From Octopus sinensis (taxonomy: Eukaryota): a stretch of 64,000 nucleotides of DNA. The notes beneath the pieces were generated by a model. That model ran no database searches and had not been told where the DNA came from. It was given only the letters and a program-made list of their open reading frames with translations. The stretch is from contig NC_043024.1 of assembly GCF_006345805.1 (NCBI RefSeq), forward strand, positions 1,984,001 to 2,048,000. The letters run 5' to 3'. Within the stretch, counting starts at the first letter, position 1; every line of letters starts with the position of its first letter. The position numbers and the translations under genes were made by a program. Positions 51,553 to 61,501 of the stretch are shown here, piece after piece.

Positions 51553-51959
51553 TACAGTGAACCTTTGATTAAACCCTTTTAGCATTTAATCCAACCATAT
51601 CCAGCCCAAATATGGGATCTTTTCACTTTGACCGGCAGATTTTTTAAATAGTTTCTTTGTAACTAAACACTTTTAAACTTCGTATACTGGTAGAATGTGT
51701 TTATAAAACATCTTTTTCTCTTGGATTTCTTGAGAAAATTCTGTAGTTTGTAAGCTATTTCTTGTTTAATTTCTTGCATTTCGGCAATTTCAACCAATCA
51801 ATGACGTCTATTGAGGTGAATTCAATTTCTGCCGTAGTGTGTCAACAACAATTATTTGCGGTGTCATATAGATTAGATAGATTTGCATCTATTGTTGGAT
51901 TTTGTTAAGGTCCCATATGGTAAAAATGTGGGTAGAGGGTGATGTGCTAGCATCCCTCT

Positions 51960-52495
51960 CCCTTTGCCCTTTTGCAAAGTAAACAACAACACAAATAACT
52001 ACGCAGAGGCAGCCATGGTTGGAACAAAACAAGACCAACAAGCATTCTTAAACGAGAGAAGAAGCAGGGTCATTCCTTACCCGAGTGACCTTATCTTAGA
52101 TGTCTTGCAAACAACTTGCACATACAAGTGCTACCAGTTAAAAGCTCCGTATATCGGAAGCTAGCAAGTGTATGGGGTCATCAGGAGAGAATGCGCGCCG
52201 TTTCGGGGCCTACCTCTCGACGGCATCAATGCAAACCGGCCCCCCTCACTGATATGAGGCCCCGCTTGCTAGATCAGCTGGTTATCAGATAAAGCTCAAT
52301 ATACTTCTAGCCATTGCTCATCGTCTCTTTTTAACCAAATCCAGTGGCTAGCCTTCTCCACTGTAGATTGGATATCAGTCATGGTGGTATTGACTTTTCC
52401 ATGAGTTAGGCCTAGCGATATCAACAGTCGTCTCACGCTGTGTCCAACAAACCCTCTACATCCGACTTCGATAGGAAAATGTTCCTCGATATGTG
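51960..52495 (-). mobile_element. HERO/NeSL-like (RLE) non-LTR retrotransposon 3' fragment
   Basis: HFPIEVGCRGFVGHS...VEKASHWIWLKRDDEQWLEVY*; 3' extent uncertain. Confidence 0.6.
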
Positions 52496-52800
52496 CTCAT
52501 GAGTTAGTTTGAGAGTTGAGCTCTGATTGGTCGTATGCAAATGAGTTCGTGACTGGGGTCCAGAACTCTCGTGGGAAAAAAAATTTCACAGCTGGACCAG
52601 CTTCTGTCAAACTGTCCAACATGGGAAACAGACATTTGATGATGATGATGTCATGATCATAGCAAGAAGATCTTATACAGGGCTGACCTGGGGCTAAACA
52701 ACAAGATCTCTTTGATGACCATAACATCCCTCTGTAGCTTTTCTTGTTTTTTTTTTTGGGGGGGGGGTTGTTTTGTTTTGTTCCTTGACCAAAACCACAG

Positions 52801-52939
52801 ATACTACGAGCGTCCCGATGCTGAGAATGCAATGAGGTACGTCAATGGCACGAGACTGGACGACCGCATCATCCGTACCGACTGGGATGCTGGCTTCCGA
52901 GAAGGACGGCAGTACGGCCGAGGAAAGTCCGGCGGCCAG
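52801..52939 (+). CDS. NCBP2: NCBP2 exon 3
   Basis: (E)[46 protein letters not shown]|gtaagg. Confidence 0.96.
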
Positions 52940-53098
52940 GTAAGGGTCATTTTCTGATCTTAAGTTTGTTTAAATCTTGATGTGTGTGTGTGTGTATCTA
53001 TGCCTGTGCATATGTGTGTGTGTATATACACACACACACACACTGTGTTTCAAATTATTCACAACAAACCATTTTAAAAATTTTATTTAAAAACTACT

Positions 53099-53670
53099 AG
53101 TGGCTGTGTGGTAAGTAGCTTGCTAACCAACCACATGGTTCTGGGTTCAGTCCCACTGCGTGGCATCTTGGGCAAGTGTCTTCTGCTATAGCCCCGGGCC
53201 GACCAATGGCTTGTGAGTGGATTTGGTAGACGGAAACTGAAAGAAGCCTGTCGTATATATGTATATATATATATATACATGCATGTGTGTGTTTGTGTGT
53301 CTGTGTTTGTCCCCCTAGCATCGCTTGACAACCGATGCTGGTGTGTTTGCGTCCCCCGTAACTTAGCGGTTCGGCAAAAGAGACCGAAAGAATAAGTACT
53401 AGGCTTACAAAGAACAAGTCCTGGGGTCGATTTGCTCGACTAAAGGCAGTGCTCCAGCATGGCCGCAGTCAAATGTGTCTGTGTTTGTCCCCCTAGCTTT
53501 GCTTGACAACCGATGCTAGTGTGTTTATGTCCCCATAACTTAGCGGTTCAGCAAAAGAAACTGATAGAATAAGTACTGGGCTTACAAAGAATAAGTCCCG
53601 GGGTCGATTTGCTCGACTAAAGGTGGTGCTCCAGCATGGCCGCAGTCAAATGACTGAAACAAGTAAAGAA
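53099..53670 (+). mobile_element. SINE family A with duplicated 3' half, NCBP2 intron 3
   Basis: The 3' half (gtgtctgtgtttgtccccctagc...cagtcaaatg) is present twice. Confidence 0.85.
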
Positions 53671-53804
53671 AAGTAAGTAGCTGCAACAATTATATGGTGT
53701 GCGAAAAACATGAGGTTCTGTAGAACAACACAGAAACTACGGCCATTTACCAAATTTACAAAAACTTTCACGGTTTCAAATTTTTATTGAGGTATAATTA
53801 TTCA

Positions 53805-54615
53805 GGTCCCCCTTCGGTCATGACACAGACCATGGGATTGCACCTAGAAGGTTCACCTCCTAGTCACAAGTCTGGGTAAGGTGGTTTATGGAAGACCAGC
53901 AGTCGCCCATGCATCCCAGATTTCCCTCTCCACACCATTATATATAAATAGGGTAAAGGGTAAAGACCCCTTCGGTCATGAATGACCATGGGATTGCACC
54001 TAGAAAGTTACCCTCCTAGACACAAGTCCGGGCAAGGTTGTTTATGGAAGACCAGCAGTCACCCATGCATACCGGCCTCCCCTCTCCACGCCACCAGTGT
54101 TATCCAAGGGAAAGACAAAGGTCGATACAGCTTGGCACTAGTGACGTCGCAACTCATTTCTACAGCTGAGTGAACTGGAGCAACGTGAAATAAAGTGCCT
54201 TGCTCGAGAACACAACACGCAGCCCGGTCCGGGATTTGAACTCACTACCTCATGATTTTGAGCCCAACTAATTATTTAGCCATGCATCTTCTAAAATACA
54301 TATATATATATATGCATATATTATACACATAGGGTAAAAACTCCCTTCAGTCATGAATGACCATGGGACTGCCTCTAGATTGTTCTCCTCCAAGGCACAA
54401 GTCCAAGCAAGGATGTTTTGTCCAAGGGAAAGGCAAAGGGGCCGATACAGCTTGGCACCAGTGACATTGCCACAACTCATTTCTACAGCTGAGTGAACTG
54501 GAGCAACGTGAAATAAAGTGTCTTGCTCAAGAACAGAACACGCAGCCCGGTCCGATCCGAGATTCGAGCTCACAACCTCACGATCGTAAGCTCGACGCTC
54601 TAACCACTGAGCCAT
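53805..54615 (-). mobile_element. SINE family C, cluster of partial and full copies
   Basis: Reverse complement of the 19843-20172 sequence, repeated. Confidence 0.78.
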
Positions 54616-54789
54616 GTGCCTTCACTCTGAAGTGTAATTAAAACTCATGTAAACAAGAAAATCCCAATTTGTTTGATGCACATACTGCAAGGAACACATT
54701 CAGTCATAAACACGGAAGAAATAGACCTTAACAAGCAAACAGCATTCAAGACTGATCCCGAGATCTGGTTAGTAAGGGTTATACTCTTT

Positions 54790-55210
54790 ACTCTCTCTCT
54801 TTTACTTGTTTCAGTCATTTGTCTGCGGCCATGCTGGAGCACCGCCTTTAGTCGAGCAAATCGACCCCGGGACTTATTCTTTGTAAGCCCAGTACTTATT
54901 CTATCGGTCTCTTTTGCCGAACCACTAAGTGACGGGGACGTAAACACACAAGCATCGGTTGTCAAGCAATGCTAGGGGGACAAACACAGACACACAAACA
55001 CACACACACACATATATATACATATATATATATATATACATATATACGACAGGCTTCTTTTCAGTTTCTGTCTACCAAATCCACTCACAAGGCATTGGTC
55101 AGCCCGAGGCTATAGCAGAAGACACTTGCCCAAGATGCCACGCAGTGGGACTGAACTCGGAACCATGTGGTTGGTTAGCAAGCTACTTACCACACAGCCA
55201 CTCCTGCGCC
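54790..55210 (-). mobile_element. SINE family A, inverted relative to 53099-53670
   Basis: Reverse copy ending ...ctcctgcgcc. Confidence 0.85.
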
Positions 55211-55401
55211 TATATGAGCCTTTGTTTGAAATAAGTTGGTAAAAGTGGTGGTCTATGGGACATGCTAGTTTCTGGACATCCTCTGATGTTATACCACAAG
55301 ATACATCCACTATTGTCTGCCGCATTCATTCTGGCTCCTAAATTGGCATCCTTTCTTGTAAACTCATCAGTTTAGAATACTCCACAAGTTTCTTATTAGA
55401 T

Positions 55402-55772
55402 ACTAGCACTATGACCTGGCAACGCTGGGTCATAGTGCTAGTGCATGCATATACAGCTGCGTGCATGCGAACATCCACACGAGTACTGTCCAAATCTCCG
55501 ACCAGTCACATACAGCTAGCTGGCATTCAATTGGCGTATCAAGTTTCAGGCATTTTGATTGGGTTTTGGATAGAAAATTCACAAAAAAGTCACTTCTATT
55601 GGATTTTTTTTTAATGGCTTTGCGGGGTGACTGGGGAAATGTAAAGATGTGCATGACCACCCTTGGATGGTTTTGAATGACCATAGAAAGTGCAAGCCCT
55701 CTAACTGAAAAATTGTGGATTTGTATAAAGGACACACACACAAACATTTTGCCATTTATATATAGAGAGATT
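55402..55772 (-). mobile_element. Helitron-like element with terminal palindrome
   Basis: ACTAGCACTATGACC...GGTCATAGTGCTAGT hairpin at 55402-55442; opposite end tatatatagagagat. Confidence 0.5.
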
Positions 55773-55919
55773 AAATATGAGGTTGTTATAAACACCTACA
55801 TTGCTAGAAATAAGAGCTACATGCTCTAATGCTGCTGCAAAACACACAATACACGCTGGCAGGGAACTTAGTTGGCCAAAAAGCAATGGTCAAAATATCC
55901 CCATATATATATATATATA

Positions 55920-56382
55920 CTAGCAGCATAGCCCGGCGTTGCTCGGGTATGTAAGAGCCCCTAGTAGGCAACGACTAATCCCAATCTAGTCCTTTCCCTC
56001 TAGGAAACGAAGGCGCATGTGTAGGTTGCAATGTCTTTTCACTCGAATACTTCTGTGTATACGATGTTCCTAGCTGTCCCTTTGGGCGAAAACATGAAAA
56101 CATCATTGTGCCTCCCAACGCGTGAACAGCCCTCGTACAGCCCAGAAAATGTGTTGCATATAAAAAGCTTAGATTCTCGACCCCATGTTGAAATTATCGA
56201 TTTTTTCAGAACTGGGGGAACTTTTCAAAATTTTCGCTGCGTTAGTTTTGAATTATGACATTGGGCTATGTGTGTGTCAAGTTTCATCAGAATCGGTTGA
56301 AAGCCGTGGTCAGGGTGAGGGTACAACCAAACAGACACACAGAAACACACACAGACAAACTGCCGTTTATATAGAGAGAGAT
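55920..56382 (-). mobile_element. Non-autonomous Helitron-like element
   Basis: Minus strand starts ATCTCTCTCTATATAAA and ends CCCGAGCAACGCCGGGCTATGCTGCTAG|T. Confidence 0.65.
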
Positions 56383-56390
56383 ATCTATTT

Positions 56391-57082
56391 AATTTTATCG
56401 AAACTGGAAGAAATTTCAGCTTCGTTAAAATATTGTTTTCCTTTACGGTTGGTATTCAAGTATTATTTTTTTTCCTACCTGTCTGTTTTGTACCTCACCT
56501 GTAAACGTGTGTGTGTGTATAGTGTAATATAATGTATAGTGTAAAGTCAGAAAACAACACAGCTCCCATGACTTACGGAAACATTTTTTTACGCTCAGTG
56601 TTGCTGAAGCATGGAATAAACTGCCTGCGTCAGTTGTTGACTGCCATGACACTGCATCCTTTAAGGCCCTCATGCTTTCCGAAATCCGCCGAACCTACAC
56701 CTGATTATATATATACACTTTAGATGAATTGTAGTGCACCTGAGCACTGTACACAATGTTTTATTATTATATTATAGTGTAATTTTATCGAAACTGGAAG
56801 TAATTTCAGCTTCGTTAAAATATTGTTTTCCTTTACTGTTGGTATTCAAGTATTATTTTTTCCCTACCTGTCTGTTTTGTACCTCACCTGTAAACGTGTG
56901 TGTGTGTGTGTATAGTGTAATATAGTGTAATTCTATCGAAACTGGAGGTAATTTCATCTTCGTTAAAATATTGTTTTCCTTTACGGTTGGTATTCATGTA
57001 TTATTTTTTTTCCTACCTGTCTGTTTTGTACCTCACCTGTAAATGTGTGTGTGTGTGTGTGTGTGTGTATGGTGTAATATAG
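56391..57082. repeat. Three copies of a unit of about 145 bp just upstream of NCBP2 exon 4
   Basis: aattttatcgaaactgg...tacctcacctgtaaa(tg)n at about 56391, 56781 and 56929. Confidence 0.85.
56543..56772 (+). mobile_element. Short CR1 3' insertion with 10-bp TSD
   Basis: Homologous to 7168-8220; (TTA)n tail; TATAGTGTAA at 56535-56544 and 56773-56782. Confidence 0.75.
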
Positions 57083-57138
57083 TGGTGTGTGGTAGGAGAT
57101 GTAATTATTGAGATGGTTTTTTTTGTGTCTGTTGACAG

Positions 57139-57231
57139 GTGCGAGATGAATACAGGACGGATTACGACGAAGGCAGAGGAGGCTACGGTAAAATCATTGT
57201 TGGCAAAATGAAACCCAGGAATGAAATATAG
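57139..57231 (+). CDS. NCBP2: NCBP2 exon 4 (last coding; not in ORF track)
   Basis: gacag|GTG; [30 protein letters not shown]. Confidence 0.93.
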   Translation: MRDEYRTDYDEGRGGYGKIIVGKMKPRNEI

Positions 57232-57439
57232 CTGGACGTGTTGGAACAACCTTCACCATCATTCCACCATCATCATCATCATTGTCATCATCACCATCGT
57301 CATCGTCATCATCATCATCATTACCATCACCAGCATTATCATTTCCTTTTACTAATTACATTTTATTTATATTTTATAAGTTGGCAAATTGAACGGAGAA
57401 AAATGCTAGAAAAGCAAGGTTGGGAACCCAGCGTATCTT

Positions 57440-58660
57440 GGCGTTCAGTGTTCAAATCTTGCCATGGTCGACTTTGCCTTTCATCCTTCTGAGGGTTGAT
57501 AAAATAAAGTACCAGTCGAGTACTGGGAGGGGGTTGATTTACTCAGCTGTACTCATACCCAAATTCAGGCCTCGTACCTGTGTCAGAAACTGATAAAATA
57601 AAGTACCAGTTGAGTACTGGGGTCAGTTTTATTGACTGCTTATGGCTCTCCCCCTCAAAACAATCTATATTCTTGTGGCCAATTTAGCAATTAGTATTGG
57701 CAGAATTGTTAGGGTGTCAGGCAAATGCCTTGTGGTATTTGTTCCAGTTCCCGACATTCTGAGTTCAAATCCTGCCTGGGTCAACTTTGCCTTTCATTCT
57801 TTCAAAGCTGATAGAATAGAGTACCAGTTTTGTACTGGGGGTTGATTTACTCAGCTGTACTCATACCCAAATTCAGGCCTCGTACCTGTGTCAGAAACCA
57901 TTCCAGCTCTTTTGGTTCTTGGTTCAATCCCCACCAAGGGCCAACTTTGCCTTTCACTCTGTCAGGGTTGGTAAAATAAGTGCCAGTCAAATCCTGGGGT
58001 TGATGAAATCAACGAGCCTTTGCCTGCCCCTTATTTTCAAGCCTTGTTCCTATAGTAGAAAAGATTATTATTATTATTAAGGTAGCAATCCTTAACGGTA
58101 TTTCATCCGTTCTTTACATTCTGAGGTCAACTTTGCCTTTCATCCTTTTGGGGTTGATAAAATACGTACCAGTGACACACTGGGGTCATCTAATCGACTG
58201 GCCCCCCTCTCCCAAATTTTTGGGCCCTGTACCTACAGTAGAAAAGAATAAAGTAAGTACCAGTGATACACTGGGGCTGATGTAATTTCCTTAATCCCGC
58301 CTGCAGTTTTGCTCGCCTTGTGCCAAAATTTGGAACCAAGTACAGCAAACTGGCAGAATCGTTAGCACACTGGGCAAAATGCTGGTATTTGGTCAGTCTT
58401 CGTGTTCTGAGTTCAAATCCCATGAGGTTGGCTTTGTTTTTCGTCCTTTTGTGGTCGATAAAATAAGTACCAGTTGTGTACTGGGGTTGATGTAATCAAC
58501 TTCCTCCCCTGATATTTCAGGCCTTGTGCATTTAGTAGAAAGGATTATCATTATTATTATTATTATTATCATTAAGCAAAGTCGTTAGCACGCTGGACGA
58601 AATGCTTACTTTGTCTTTCATCTTTTGGGGTTAATGAATTAAGTACCAGTTAAATACTGG
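57440..58660. mobile_element. Degenerate SINE family B cluster downstream of NCBP2
   Basis: Repeated ctttgcctttcat...gataaaataaagtaccagt cores. Confidence 0.6.
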
Positions 58661-58667
58661 GGTTGAT

Positions 58668-59198
58668 GTCATCATCATCATCATTGTTCGACCGTGGTCA
58701 AGACAATGGAATTTACTATGCTACGCCAGACTTAACGGAGGCCCTGTTGCTGGATGCCTGTATCCCTGGAGATTACATCAGGGTAGGAGAGTGTGCGCCC
58801 TCTGGTATCGAGAGCAGATGGCTTCCAGAGGAGGAGAGTAGAAATTACCTCTTTTTCAGCTCTACAACAATGTCCAGCAAACTGGACTCTCTTACCTTTC
58901 ACAAGAGATGATATGTGTGTATGTATATATATATATATTATTATCATCATCATTGTTCGACCGTGGTCAAGACAATGGAATTTACTATGCTATGCCAGAC
59001 TTCACGGTCCATCATGGCATTACAGAGGTCCTGTTGCTGGATGCCTGTATCCCTGGAGATTACATCAGGGTAGGAGAGTGCGCGCCCTCTGGCATCGCGA
59101 GCAGATGGCTTCCAGAGGAGAAGAGTAGAAATTACCTCGTTTTCAGCTCTACGACAATGTCCAGCAAACTGGACTCTCCTACCTTTCACAAGAGATAA
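58668..59198 (-). mobile_element. Two tandem LINE (RTE/RTEX-like) 3' fragments
   Basis: LVKGRRVQFAGHC..AENEVISTLLLWKP...AMMDREVW; (GAT)n tails; both truncated at the same point. Confidence 0.65.
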
Positions 59199-59980
59199 TA
59201 CAGGTGGTCGATGTAATTGGCTTAACCCTTCCCCCAAATTTGAAGCCTTGGGCCTATAGTAGAAAGGATTGATATTATTTTAAGGCAGTGACTTGGCAAA
59301 ACGGTTAAAGCATTGGCCGAAATGTTTAGCAGAATTCTTCGTACTCTTTACATTCTAGGGTCAAATTGTGCCGAGGTCAACTTGACCCTTCATCCCTTTC
59401 AGGGTTGATAAAACAAGTAGCAGTTGAACACTGGGGGAAGCAGGGGTTGATGTTATCGGCTGCGCCTCCCTTCAAAATTTCTGGTTTTGTGCCAAATGTA
59501 GAAATAATTACGGTTATTCTCGTTACTCTCGCTTAGATTGGCAAATCGGAAAGAGAATGCTGGAAGAGCATGATGCAAAGCGTTGAAATGTCCAGTTTCA
59601 ATTCTTATGTTTTGAGTTCAATTCCCAGAGGAACCAATAAAATATAACCAGTTATATGCTGTGTTGGATTCTGTTGATTGCTTGTTTCTCATCATCATCT
59701 CTCTCGACTCCAGAACATTTTAATTGGAAGGAATAACGATTACCGTTCCTTGTAGCTTATTTAAGAATAAGGATTATGTCTGACATCGAAATTTTAATTA
59801 AAAAAAAATTTTGTTTTTTTCACACATGTGGTCTGGTTGTATGGTTAAGAAGCTTGCTTCCCAATCACATCGTTTCAGGTTCAATCCCATCTTATGGCAC
59901 CTTGGACAAGTGTTTTTTTTTACTATAGCGCCATGGCAACCCAAGCTTTCTAAGCTAATGTATTAGACAGAAACCTTTAA

Positions 59981-60201
59981 CCCTTTCATTACTGTATTTA
60001 TTTTGAGATGCTCTGTGTTTCTTTCAATTAATTTTAAATATAACACAGAATTTAGTAAAATGACTTAGTTATCATTCAGCTAGCGTTAGGAACATAAATT
60101 GTGACTAAGGTTTGTTGGAAGATTTGAATTCAAAACTTATGAAAACAAGACATTTGTACTCAGAGCAAGAGTTGGTTTCAGCCGGGTTGGTAACGAAAGG
60201 G
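59981..60201. mobile_element. piggyBac-like MITE
   Basis: TTAA|CCCTTTCATTAC ... GTAACGAAAGGG|TTAA. Confidence 0.75.
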
Positions 60202-60575
60202 TTAATCTCTACACATATTTTTCCATCCATATATTTATTTCCTTCTAATTCCTTTCTGTCGAAGACCCTAAGCTTGAAGCATGAAAGACTTTTACAATAT
60301 TCCCGAGCCCCTTACTAATACACCTGCTTCTCGTTCCAACACCTGTCTTTCTCTTTTGTTACCTGTAAATTTGATCTATATGCACAGGGTTGGCCAAAAG
60401 CCACCCGACAGTAAATCAAAAATTCCATAATTACTTAAAATTCAATTTCATTTATTCATTCCAATTAGGAATGTTTAATTTTAATAATTGAATGCTGTGA
60501 GTTAAAATCGCTGCTTTTTTTCAACATTCGTCTATTTATTAATTAAGTCTCATATAAAATAATTCTTTGTTTTAA

Positions 60576-61120
60576 TCATCATCATCATCATCGTTTAGCG
60601 TCCGCTTTCCATGCTAGCATGGGTTGGACGGTTCGACTGGGGTCTGGGAAGCCAGAAGGCTGCATCAGGCCCAGTCTGATCTGGCAATGTTTCTACAGCT
60701 TGATGCTCTTCCTAACGCCAACCACTCCATGAATGTAGTGGGTGCTTTTTACATGCCACTGGCACAGGTGCCAAACGAGTCTGGCAAACGGCCACGATCG
60801 GATGGTGCTTTTTATGTGCCAGCAGCATGGGGGTCAGGCGAGGCTGGCAACGGCCACGAACGGATGGTGCTTTTTACGTGCCACCGACACAGGTGCCAGA
60901 CGAGTCTGGCAAACGGCCACGATCGGATGGTGCTTTTTATGTGCCAGCAGCACGGGGGCCAGGCGAGGCTGGCAACGGCCACAAACGGATGGTGCTTTTT
61001 ACGTGCCACCGGCACGAGGCCAGTCGGGGCGGCGCTAGCAACGGCCACGTTCGGATCGTTCTCTTACGTGCCACCAGCGCTGGCATCACAGCTGCAATTT
61101 CCATTGATCGATTTCGATTC
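60576..61120 (-). mobile_element. RTE 3'UTR fragment with about 5 units
   Basis: (CAT)n tail at 60576, then 3'UTR and alternating 63-bp units. Confidence 0.75.
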
Positions 61121-61402
61121 TGGAATTAAATGGTTTTGATTTACTGTCAGGTGACTTGGGCCAGCCCTGTATGTATATACCTTCAAAACGTGGGAGTCGA
61201 TGAAACAGGGACAACTGACGAAGGGGAATATTCTTTATGTTTCATGTCTCATTTCTCTGTTTCGTTTTTTCGTTTTGCCAAAAAATGTTCGTTTTCTATG
61301 TTTTTGTTTTTATGTTTTCGTTTCTCATTGTTCAACGTTTTTTTCTATGTCCTGTACCCATATATGCATGTATATATACATATATATGTAGGTATGTATA
61401 TA

Positions 61403-61436
<34 letters not shown>

Positions 61437-61501
61437 TTGTATTCTGTTTTTGCGTTTATGTTTCTCATTGTGTTCAACGTTTTTTTGATGTCCTTCACTC
61501 A

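Larger units (their letters stand above)
50134..52800 (+). other. U12-type (minor spliceosome) GT-AG intron of NCBP2
   Basis: 5' splice site GTATCCTTT (50134-50142); branch site TTCCTTGAC (52781-52789) with the A 12 nt before the 3' end; no polypyrimidine tract between branch site and AG; the phase-2 join restores FVE-YYE. Confidence 0.93.

Noticed and set aside
57238-57492. His-rich 84-aa ORF after the NCBP2 stop
   Set aside because: A (CAT)n microsatellite in the 3'UTR running into a SINE.
61180-61240. CTGACGA/GAAAC motifs (also 63955-64000) as a hammerhead
   Set aside because: I could not form consistent stems I and III, and the second copy is cut by the window edge.
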